From Candidatus Latescibacterota bacterium (lineage in GTDB: Bacteria; Latescibacterota; UBA2968), in contig OZ244960.1 of NCBI GenBank assembly GCA_965222605.1, forward strand, positions 6,016,001 to 6,080,000: a DNA stretch of 64,000 bases, given 5' to 3'. The notes beneath the pieces were generated by a model. That model searched no databases. It was not told where the DNA came from and saw only the letters and a program-made list of their open reading frames with translations. Made by a program: the position numbers and the translations under genes. Below, one piece after another: positions 20,791 to 29,374 of this stretch (position 1 is the first letter of the stretch; each line of letters begins with the position of its first letter).

Positions 20791-20833
20791 AAAAAGAGCC
20801 ATCCTTGAGAGTACGGCCCCCAAAGATGGCTCT
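20791..20833 (-). terminator. Terminator after the PorV-like gene
   Basis: AGAGCCATC...GATGGCTCT stem with an A-run on the + strand (U-tract on -). Confidence 0.65.
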
Positions 20834-20893
20834 GGATTGCCAGCGGTCAACCGGAAGCTCAAATCCGGACTGCATCCGGGAACCCACAGGCCC

Positions 20894-21904
20894 TTAAAAC
20901 TCGCCGCTAAGGGTGAGCCTGAGGGGGGGAGTGAGCAAATAGCCGAAGTCGGTATAGGAGAGGTCAAGCATCAGTTTCCGTCCTTGTGTAACCTCGTATT
21001 TCACCCCTGCGCCCAGGCTAAAGGTCTCTGCGTCATAGTTGAACTTATACCCGCCCCGCAAGGCCAGAACGTTGCCCAGCCACAATTCTCCGCCTATATG
21101 ATATCGCTGGTCGTAATCGATGGCGTAGATGCTTTCGAAGGCCACGGTCAGATAGACAGGATCACCGTTCTTGCCGTAAAGCTCGTCTGAGATAGCCATG
21201 TGGTAATTGAGCGGCATCCAGAAAGATACCTGTTCGTACTGGCCGTCTCTGCCCAGATTGCGCAAAGACATGGCCACGCGGAGATTGCGGAATCCGGTGT
21301 GAAAAATCGTGCCGACGCCGAAGACGCCGGTGTTGAAAGACCGGTCCAGGATGGCCTCGTGTACCCAGGAAAAACTCAGGCCAAAGCTGAGCTTGTCGGT
21401 GAACCTCAGAGCGTAGATCGCACTCAGGGCCATATCTTTTGCGTTGATGATGCGTCCGGTACCGCCGGGCTCCCAGATTGTGGTCTCCTCCACGTCCTCC
21501 GGTTTCAGATAGACCAGACTGATGCCGAGCACCCCTGTTCTGGAGGATCCCGTATTGTAGGCCAGTGCGCCGGAAAACAATTGCGTTCTGGCTACCCAGC
21601 GCGTGTAGGAGGTGGTCCAGGCCAATTTTGGGATGTCCGCCAGACCAGCCGGGTTCCAGAACGCGGCACTGATGTCGTCGGCCACTGAAGTATAAGCATC
21701 GGCCATGCCGGCTCCGCGGGCACTCTGGCTGAGCTTGAGAAAGTTCAGCCCGGTCGTGGCCAGGCGTTCCTGCTGTTTGGACCCCAGTTCATCTATACTT
21801 TCATGCGTTGAATCGATCTGGAACTGCTGAGCCTGCGCTACATTCGCCATCAGGAGAAGGCCCATCGGCAGCAATGCCGCAAGCGTGAAAGTCTTGAGTT
21901 TCAT
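20894..21904 (-). CDS. PorV/PorQ (UPF0164) family outer-membrane beta-barrel
   Basis: Signal peptide; FLKLSQSARGAGMADAY, AFWNPAGLA, LRGGYKFNYD; C-terminal Phe. Confidence 0.85.
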   Translation of the reverse strand: MKLKTFTLAALLPMGLLLMANVAQAQQFQIDSTHESIDELGSKQQERLATTGLNFLKLSQSARGAGMADAYTSVADDISAAFWNPAGLADIPKLAWTTSYTRWVARTQLFSGALAYNTGSSRTGVLGISLVYLKPEDVEETTIWEPGGTGRIINAKDMALSAIYALRFTDKLSFGLSFSWVHEAILDRSFNTGVFGVGTIFHTGFRNLRVAMSLRNLGRDGQYEQVSFWMPLNYHMAISDELYGKNGDPVYLTVAFESIYAIDYDQRYHIGGELWLGNVLALRGGYKFNYDAETFSLGAGVKYEVTQGRKLMLDLSYTDFGYLLTPPLRLTLSGEF

Positions 21905-21919
21905 CTGAACGTCTCCTTT

Positions 21920-24169
21920 TTAGCGAATAATGTAGAAGGTTCCCGTCTGAATTGTCCCTTCGCTTCCGGGCACAAGTGACTCGACCGCGTAATAATAAAT
22001 GCCACTGGCGGCCTGGGTGATGTAGTTTATGGTTTTCGTCTGCCACTCAGCCTCTGCGAGGAGCGAATCGTCGTGTTCGATAATATCGACCAGGTCGCCC
22101 GAGAGTGTATAGATATAGATGTTGCACTTTCGCGGGATGTTCGTAAAGCGGAGCCTGTCGATCTGGCCCGGGTACCGGTGCGGACTGTCCGCCTCCAGGA
22201 TGAACGGATTGGGAACCACCTTGACCTTCTCCTGAAGCGCGTCCAGAGCCTGCGTGCCGGGCACTTTGGGAGATTTGTCGCCCCATTCCTTTTGGAATGG
22301 CGCCCACCGCCCTCCTTTTAGCCCGGATTTCACGCTCTCCTGGATGTGCGCGGGCAGGTCGGCCACGGTTGATTTCCCGTTCGTCCAGTCGGGATGGCCC
22401 TCGGCCACGGCCTGGACCGTGTAACGGTAGGCAAAGCCCGCCACGGACTCATTATCTACATAGACGTATTCCCCGCCCGAAGCGGAGCCAGCCGATACGG
22501 TGGCGATCTGTTCCCAGGGGCCGAAAGGGAGCCACTCGCTGCGAAAGATCTCGTAACCCGTGATGTCGGGCATGCTCGTATCGGGATTTACGGCATTGTC
22601 GATCTGGGCAGACCAGGTAATTTGCAGATGCGCATCGGGGGTGATAGAGGTTTCGAACCCAGTATCGGGCGGTGCGTCGGGCACATCCCAGCCGTTTTTA
22701 TAAGCAAACCTGGCCGCCAGCAGGTTCTGCACGATGGCGTCCACGCCCAGTGACAACTCGTCCTGGTTGCCCTTCAGTGCCCATGTCGCCATGTCTTCGC
22801 CTTTGATCTGGGAACCCGCTCCGGCCACATAAGCGAATACGATCATACCCGATTCTCCCGGTGCCAGCGCATAGGGGCCAAAGGTGAGCGCAGTCCAGTG
22901 CTGTCCGATCTCGGCCGGATTTTCCTGGATGCCGCCCACCAATATATCCTGCATCTGTTGCGGATTGTGAAGGCTCGGGTTCGGATCGGTATGGTTGGGA
23001 GCATTTAGCTCCAACCATCGAACCGAAGATGGTTGGTCGCCATCCGGTTCGACATAATTTTTGCCAGCATCTTCGCCTGCAAAAGCGAAATCCCCGGGCT
23101 GGTTGGTATAAGCAATGGGGGCCACGCCGATGACCTGGTAGGCCATGAGTTGCCCATCCACCAGCACCCGTCGCCGGACGATATTTCTGCTGGCGATCAC
23201 ATCGAACCACATAGGCCCGCCCCGATCGTCGTAGGGAGTGGTGGGGTTGTCGTCGTCATAGGCGTAGAGTAGCTTCAAGCCGGGAGGAACGGTTTTTCCT
23301 TCCCGTCCGTAGCGATCGGTGGGGTAATTGGGTGCGTCCGAGTAGGCCAGCCAGTTATCCGCATACCTGGGGCCAGCCCTCCAGTGCGTGCCCCACCCGG
23401 GATAGAATTCCTCGTATTCGTTGGGGTTGAACCACTGGGCCGTAGAGACGTAAAGCGGATCGATTGCTTCTTCAGGGAGGTCGCGCACCCCGTTTCCATT
23501 TGTGTCTCCGGTATTGGTGAATTCGAGCTTGATGACGATAAAATCGTCGAAATCCGGAAAGCTGTATCCGTAGGCCTTTCGGACGAAAGTGATCCCTTGA
23601 GAAGTGGTCCACTTGTTGACGATAATCTGTTCGGGGAAATTATCGTCGGCTGTGTAGTCCCAGAACCGGTGATTAGCGATGTTGATGCCCACGGGAGAAT
23701 TCGGGTCGAAGGGCACTCGCCCCGGGTACCAGTTTCCCACCACGTGATTTGTGCCGTCGCGTGGGAAGTGCTCAGTGCCCAGGTGAGCCTCGGAACCTTC
23801 GCCGGGGTTGTACTGCATGCCGTGGACCTGTCCGAAGTCGGGCGGCAGATCTCTCGGGCCAGTCCAGACGGTCTGGAGTTCTCCATCCTGCCGGGTCAAA
23901 ATGTAAATCCCATGGCCCTGAGAATTGTCTGTGAAATAACCCGATCCTGATGTGATCCTGCCCGAATCGCCGGGATGGCCGGCAGCCAGGTACCGGGGAT
24001 AGGCCAGCTTGCCTCGAATGGCCCAGTACGCATCAAAATCGTGGCCGTCGTTGCCGAAATTGGTCTGAAGCAACGAACGGCTCATAATTTGAGCACCTGC
24101 GTCGGCTCCGAGAACAAGGATGACAACCGCAGCCTGAATGGCGGTAATTCGAATATTTCGTAGGGTCAT
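21920..24169 (-). CDS. Secreted protein with an Fn3-like domain and a T9SS-type C-terminal sorting domain
   Basis: Signal peptide from ATG 24169; C-terminus VKVVPNPF...RFTNIP...IYTLSGDLV...ASGIYYY...GTFYIIR. Confidence 0.75.
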   Translation of the reverse strand: MTLRNIRITAIQAAVVILVLGADAGAQIMSRSLLQTNFGNDGHDFDAYWAIRGKLAYPRYLAAGHPGDSGRITSGSGYFTDNSQGHGIYILTRQDGELQTVWTGPRDLPPDFGQVHGMQYNPGEGSEAHLGTEHFPRDGTNHVVGNWYPGRVPFDPNSPVGINIANHRFWDYTADDNFPEQIIVNKWTTSQGITFVRKAYGYSFPDFDDFIVIKLEFTNTGDTNGNGVRDLPEEAIDPLYVSTAQWFNPNEYEEFYPGWGTHWRAGPRYADNWLAYSDAPNYPTDRYGREGKTVPPGLKLLYAYDDDNPTTPYDDRGGPMWFDVIASRNIVRRRVLVDGQLMAYQVIGVAPIAYTNQPGDFAFAGEDAGKNYVEPDGDQPSSVRWLELNAPNHTDPNPSLHNPQQMQDILVGGIQENPAEIGQHWTALTFGPYALAPGESGMIVFAYVAGAGSQIKGEDMATWALKGNQDELSLGVDAIVQNLLAARFAYKNGWDVPDAPPDTGFETSITPDAHLQITWSAQIDNAVNPDTSMPDITGYEIFRSEWLPFGPWEQIATVSAGSASGGEYVYVDNESVAGFAYRYTVQAVAEGHPDWTNGKSTVADLPAHIQESVKSGLKGGRWAPFQKEWGDKSPKVPGTQALDALQEKVKVVPNPFILEADSPHRYPGQIDRLRFTNIPRKCNIYIYTLSGDLVDIIEHDDSLLAEAEWQTKTINYITQAASGIYYYAVESLVPGSEGTIQTGTFYIIR

Positions 24170-24224
24170 ACCTGTATCTCTCCTCTGTTTATGCCGGGTT
24201 GCGAACCCGCGCCCCGGGTCATGT

Positions 24225-27200
24225 TCAAAACATAATGCGGAGACCCAGTTCGGTCTGGCGGGATCGGGCCGTGTAGCGCCGGCGATCATTGATATCTCCG
24301 TGCGCGTTGAACACGGAATTGTCGGGACGCGGCATTGCCAGGCCCCACTCTACCCAGTCCACGGTATTGTCGATACGCCCCAGATTCTTTTCGTTGAACA
24401 GGTTGAAAACGCTCAAGAAGACCTGGGCCTGCACGCGGTCGGTGAGATGTATCGATTTCATCGCCTGCAGGTCGAACCGGCTTTCGATCGGTCGCGTTCG
24501 GAATTCGGGTTGACCTCCTGTGGGCGGCTGGTATTTGAAAGTCTGGCCGTTCTGTATCCGATAGAGCACATTGATGTTGAAGTTGCGCAGCAAGACATTT
24601 ACCCAGGGCGCGCCCATGTCCAGGTCCCACGGGGTTGTGAAGACCATCTGGATCTTGCCCGAGTTGCGCACATCACCGGGCTTGAGGCCCCATTCGTGAA
24701 TGCCGCGCAACTGGCTGGCACCGAAGAGATAGACCCCTGGCTCTTCTTCGTACGGAATTGCCAGATCGTATTCGCCCTGCCGGAAGCCGCTACCGTTGGT
24801 ATCGCCGCGCTCGACCCGCCCGTTAAAACTGCGGAACTGGTTGTTGGCTCGTGCGCCGTATCTTTCTATGTCTTGCTGTGTCATCTGCTTTGGAATGCGG
24901 GCTCCCGTGACCGGGTCAACCGTGAGTAACGTCCAGTTGCCGTTGGCCACATAGAGCGAATCAACTGCAATGCGTTTGATGGCGTTGCCCTTTCCCACAA
25001 AGTGGGTGTTGGAAGTCCATTGCATGTTGTAGGCAACCTGGAAGGAAAAGCCGTAGCTGAAACGCTTGCGAACTGCCAGTTCAAACCCCCGCGCTTCTTC
25101 CACGCGGTTGTTTTCGCGCGGGGTTTGGGCCTGTACACCGCCCTTGGGATCGCGGAAGGAAGAATGGGGCGCCCCGAGCTGGTCCCACTCGGACCGGTAG
25201 TAAGTCGTCAGCGAGGCGGTATAATCCGACACGAAGTTCCAGTCTCCGCCTACCTCGAACTGGAGAGATTTCTCCGGCTTGATATGGGCGTTGCCCGTAA
25301 ATGTGCCACCGTAAGCGGCGATCATATTGTTCCATTCTTCCTGAGGGCCGATCTGGCTGTCTTTGTTCAGATCCAGCGAGGCCTGTTTCTTGTTTGAGAA
25401 ATAGGCATTGCCGTAATAGGCGAAAAGCTCGGGATATTGAATAAAAAGTCCCGATGAGAAATGCATGGCTGCCCGGTCGGAAATGGGGTGAGAAATGCCC
25501 AGTCTGGGACTGATGTTAAAGGTGGAGGCCACATCCACGGTGGGCGTCAGATCCCGGGTGGTGAAGTACTGGGTGTCGCTCCGGGAAAAGAACGTGGTGT
25601 TGACCGGCCATTTATCTCTGAGGTTGAAGTAATCAAACCGCAGGCCGGCGTTGATGACCATGCCCTCGAACTCCATCTTGTCCTGGACGTAAAACGCGCC
25701 CTGGACCGGGTTGACCGGTTCGGCTATCTGTCGGTCCCCGCCGTAGAAGAATACATAGGTGTTGTTGACATTCCGGTAGGTGTCGCGCCGCCAGGTCCAC
25801 CAGGCGTTGTACAAGACCCATTCGGTGCCGGCTTTGAAGAAGTGCCCCTTGGTCACCTGGCTGGACAGGTCGGCTTTGAGCGTGTAGCGCTGCCGGTCAA
25901 AGAGTTGATAGTGAGGCCGCTCGGTGCCCAGGTAGAACTTGCGGTTCGCGTCTCTGCGCACTGCACCGACCTGAGTGGGTACGCTGGACGTATCCTGGAG
26001 GCTGCGGCCGCGCGAAAGGCGCACTTCGTAAAAGGTCCGGGGAGACACTATGTGGGTGAGCACCAGGTACTCTAGGTCTTCCCGGAATCTGAATTGACCC
26101 GAAGCGGACCAGTCCGCGGGTAGGAACAGGTTTTGATAGTTCTGACCGATGCCCCGGACAGAAGCCTGCCCTTCGTTGGGCTCCCAGGCACTGTAGGTCT
26201 GCAGTACCAGGCCGGCCTTCAGCTTCACATGGGGCGTCATTCGCCAGGTAACAGAACTCGATCCCTGGATGTTGTCGGGGGCGTGAATGAACCGGTTGCC
26301 CGCTCTGAACCCCACGTTTTCGGGGCCGGGAAACACACTGGCTTCGCGGTCGTGCTTGCCAGACAACGTGAACGATATGTGTCTGGTGAGCGGCCCTGAG
26401 ACCGTGGCTTCAAACCCGTGTCCCATCACGCCCGTATAGTCCGTTCGCTCGTGTATCCGTCGCTCTGCTTCCGGATCTGTCTCCTGCTCCCAGGCCGAAT
26501 CTCCCCACTTGACCGCGCCCCGGTGGATCGGCGCGTCATAGACGTTTGCGCCCCAGTGTTTTTTACCGGGCGGTGTGTTTCGGTATTCCAGCCATCCGTG
26601 GTGGGCCTGTCCGCCCTCTTTGGTCACCACGTTGATCACACCGGCCTGCGAGTTGCCATATTCGGCTGGCGTCACCCCCGTGATAACCGATATTTCCTGG
26701 ATGGCACTCTTGTTGATGCCGGTAAACATCCGGGCACCCTGACCGTCTTGGTGCAAAATGCGTACCCCATCTACCACAAAGGCCACGTCGGTGGGCCGGT
26801 AGTTGGATCCCTGATTGCCCAGAGCTGCGTCCCCGCCCCGTACCCGGTAGGCCCCGTCTTGAGACACCCCTGGCTGGAGGGCAACCAACTCGTCGGTCGT
26901 GCGCACGATGGGCAACCGCTCGATCTCGACCGATGAGACCGTGTATTTCGAGGTGGTCTTATCCGGCTCCACGGGTGGACGTTCTGCGATGACCAGCATC
27001 TCTTCTGCCTGAATCTCGGTTTCTGTAAGCTGGAAGTTCACCTGCGTTGTATAATCGGACCGCACTTGCACGTCCGACTGGGTCATCTTTGCATACCCGA
27101 CCATAGACGCTGCCAGCGAATAAGTGCCTGGTTCCAGGGATAAAATCACGTAGAACCCGTCCGGGTCTGTGGTCGCGCCCCGCTGTGTGCCTTCAAGGAC

Positions 27201-27338
27201 GACATTCGCCCCGGGCAACGGACTCCCGGTCGCGTCCCGAACAAATCCGTTGATCTTTCCCAGGACGCCTGCCTCGACTGCCGAACAGGTCAGGGCCAGG
27301 ATCAGGGTAAAGATGCAAAACCTGTATTTTATGAACAT
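24225..27338 (-). CDS. TonB-dependent receptor with an N-terminal carboxypeptidase-regulatory-like domain
   Basis: GKINGFVRDATGSPLPGANV, AEYGNSQAGVINVVTKEG, FYVQDKMEF, SPRLGISHPI; C-terminal Phe; RBS GGAGG. Confidence 0.9.
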   Translation of the reverse strand: MFIKYRFCIFTLILALTCSAVEAGVLGKINGFVRDATGSPLPGANVVLEGTQRGATTDPDGFYVILSLEPGTYSLAASMVGYAKMTQSDVQVRSDYTTQVNFQLTETEIQAEEMLVIAERPPVEPDKTTSKYTVSSVEIERLPIVRTTDELVALQPGVSQDGAYRVRGGDAALGNQGSNYRPTDVAFVVDGVRILHQDGQGARMFTGINKSAIQEISVITGVTPAEYGNSQAGVINVVTKEGGQAHHGWLEYRNTPPGKKHWGANVYDAPIHRGAVKWGDSAWEQETDPEAERRIHERTDYTGVMGHGFEATVSGPLTRHISFTLSGKHDREASVFPGPENVGFRAGNRFIHAPDNIQGSSSVTWRMTPHVKLKAGLVLQTYSAWEPNEGQASVRGIGQNYQNLFLPADWSASGQFRFREDLEYLVLTHIVSPRTFYEVRLSRGRSLQDTSSVPTQVGAVRRDANRKFYLGTERPHYQLFDRQRYTLKADLSSQVTKGHFFKAGTEWVLYNAWWTWRRDTYRNVNNTYVFFYGGDRQIAEPVNPVQGAFYVQDKMEFEGMVINAGLRFDYFNLRDKWPVNTTFFSRSDTQYFTTRDLTPTVDVASTFNISPRLGISHPISDRAAMHFSSGLFIQYPELFAYYGNAYFSNKKQASLDLNKDSQIGPQEEWNNMIAAYGGTFTGNAHIKPEKSLQFEVGGDWNFVSDYTASLTTYYRSEWDQLGAPHSSFRDPKGGVQAQTPRENNRVEEARGFELAVRKRFSYGFSFQVAYNMQWTSNTHFVGKGNAIKRIAVDSLYVANGNWTLLTVDPVTGARIPKQMTQQDIERYGARANNQFRSFNGRVERGDTNGSGFRQGEYDLAIPYEEEPGVYLFGASQLRGIHEWGLKPGDVRNSGKIQMVFTTPWDLDMGAPWVNVLLRNFNINVLYRIQNGQTFKYQPPTGGQPEFRTRPIESRFDLQAMKSIHLTDRVQAQVFLSVFNLFNEKNLGRIDNTVDWVEWGLAMPRPDNSVFNAHGDINDRRRYTARSRQTELGLRIMF

Positions 27339-27361
27339 CGTTCTGCCTCCTCTCATGGGCG

Positions 27362-28075
27362 TCACGACTTCTGGAAATAGAATTTCAGCCCGACTCCAAT
27401 TTGGAAAAATTGCAGTGGAAATGCCTGGCGGTTGAATCCCCAGGCCGCCATAGGCCGCAACTCTCCCATGACAATGTGATAGCGAGCCCGCAGGTCCAGG
27501 GCCACCTTATCTGAAAGAAAACGCTGTACACCGAACCCCACGTTCATGCCCAGAGCCGCCTTTTCGTTGATCTGCGGATTCAGGTGTTTCGTCGGATCCA
27601 GGGGTGGGTTTTTCTGGCCGGGATAGATGAAGTTGCGACGCTCGGACCTGTACCCGTAGATCCCGGCTCCCAAGGCGATATAAGAGCGGAACATCTTTCC
27701 CTCAAATCCTTCGCCCCAGGGGGCGACCACCACGTTGAACACCGCGCTGTGAAACCGAATTTGAGATACGGCTGCAGGGCTCAGGTATGTTTGCCCATCC
27801 ACGGCCCAGGTAAACGTCTGTTTCGCCTCTTCGCCGTTGTCGAAATTGGAATAGTGATATTCCACTTCCATCATCAATCGGGAAGAGCGCAGGTGGTGCC
27901 AGGTTGCGCCGAATTGCTCCGTTCCTGAAAACCGGCTACCCATTCCCAGCACCGGAAGGCTGTACCCGCCGAAGGTGCCTACGCCCCAGCCGCGCGTGGT
28001 CTGCGCCTCTGCAGGGTAGGTCGCCCCCAGAATTCCCAGCAGGCAGAGCCATAGTTTTATTTTTTTAAGTTTCAA
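27362..28075 (-). CDS. Small outer-membrane beta-barrel protein
   Basis: TTG start with RBS GGAGG; signal peptide; amphipathic strands ending IGVGLKFYF. Confidence 0.7.
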   Translation of the reverse strand: MKLKKIKLWLCLLGILGATYPAEAQTTRGWGVGTFGGYSLPVLGMGSRFSGTEQFGATWHHLRSSRLMMEVEYHYSNFDNGEEAKQTFTWAVDGQTYLSPAAVSQIRFHSAVFNVVVAPWGEGFEGKMFRSYIALGAGIYGYRSERRNFIYPGQKNPPLDPTKHLNPQINEKAALGMNVGFGVQRFLSDKVALDLRARYHIVMGELRPMAAWGFNRQAFPLQFFQIGVGLKFYFQKS

Positions 28076-28419
28076 ACCTTTATCCTCCGTTAAAAGGCAT
28101 CTGACCAACCCGATGCCAAATCCTATACCTGTTTAAAATCTTTAACGGGTGCCTTCATTCCGGGCACCATAAATACGCATCAAAGGCACCACCTCCTTGT
28201 GCGGGACAGGGGATACCGGACGGGCGTAACTCTCTGGTAACCGGGCAGATACACAACAGACCGGATGCGCTGCACCTGCACCGGGATTTGGAGACCTCCG
28301 GTATTGGACTTGACAAAGTGTAGAAAATTCATATTTTTGGGGCGGACGTGTGACGATGCGAATCGTTGATTACACGTCTCGACTGCGCCGTTAGCCTTGA
28401 CTCTCGCCAAAGTGCCGGG

Positions 28420-29169
28420 CTAACGGCTTTTTTTATTGAACCGGCCATTATTGAACCTGATAGACGAAATATTCCTGGTCAGGTGGGTGTACAGTTCTAG
28501 CATTGCCCTGGAGGCATCACCTTTGCAAAGAGCCTCTACGATGTTTTCGTGCTCCTGCATGGTTTTAGGATTTCCGTTGCTGTGATACAGACGGTCGGGG
28601 TCGTCGTACATCTTGAAGCGTATCGCTTCCACCACCAGATGCTCCTGCTCTTGAAAAACTTCGCTATGCGAAGCCCGAAGCAATGCCAGGTGAAACCGAA
28701 TTTCTTCAGCAGCCATGCTCTCCCCTCGTGCAGCTTTCGGGTGCATATCCTCAACTATTTTCTTTAATTTTGCAAAATCCTCATCGGTGGCGTAAATGGC
28801 TGCAAGCGATACGGACCCCACTTCAAGGGCACATCGAAGCCTGTAGAGATCGACGATATTTTCAGTAGAAATCAGGACCAGATCATCCCGGAGGCGATTG
28901 GGATCGAAGGCTTTGATAAAAGCCCCCCGGCCGTGCTGTTTGTCGATAATCCCTTCGCCCACCAGCACACTTAGAGCCTCCCGAATTACCCGATGACTCA
29001 CACCAAAAGCACTGGAAAGTTGCCGTTCGGAAGGCAAATGGTCGCCTTCCCGGAGATCTTCAACCAGGATAAAACGCTTGAGGATCATCACGGCCTTGTC
29101 GGCAAGAGATATTCGGGCAATCTCTCCCAGGGTATAAGAAGATATAGTGTTAGATAAGGATGGACTCAC
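28420..29169 (-). CDS. GntR/FadR-family transcriptional regulator
   Basis: GDHLPSERQLSSAFGVSHRVIREAL...GRGAF; FCD domain FHLAL...EHENIV. Confidence 0.92.
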   Translation of the reverse strand: MSPSLSNTISSYTLGEIARISLADKAVMILKRFILVEDLREGDHLPSERQLSSAFGVSHRVIREALSVLVGEGIIDKQHGRGAFIKAFDPNRLRDDLVLISTENIVDLYRLRCALEVGSVSLAAIYATDEDFAKLKKIVEDMHPKAARGESMAAEEIRFHLALLRASHSEVFQEQEHLVVEAIRFKMYDDPDRLYHSNGNPKTMQEHENIVEALCKGDASRAMLELYTHLTRNISSIRFNNGRFNKKSR

Positions 29170-29225
29170 GTAGATTTTTTACCGGGAAGATGAAGGGAAA
29201 CCTCTTGTCAATAACATTCTTCAAT

Positions 29226-29266
29226 AGTATATTTACTGTTTACATGATGACAACAGTAAATATACT
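29226..29266. promoter_or_regulatory. Perfect 15-bp inverted repeat in the divergent GntR/GWxTD promoter region (likely operator)
   Basis: AGTATATTTACTGTT-11 nt-AACAGTAAATATACT. Confidence 0.65.
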
Positions 29267-29374
29267 GAAAATAAGGTGCCTGTCAATAGTATTTTCCGGC
29301 TTTTTTGACGCATTTTGGGGAATTTCGATGTCTATCCACCGTCTCGCCCTGAATGTGCATCCCGGGAGGTTAAA

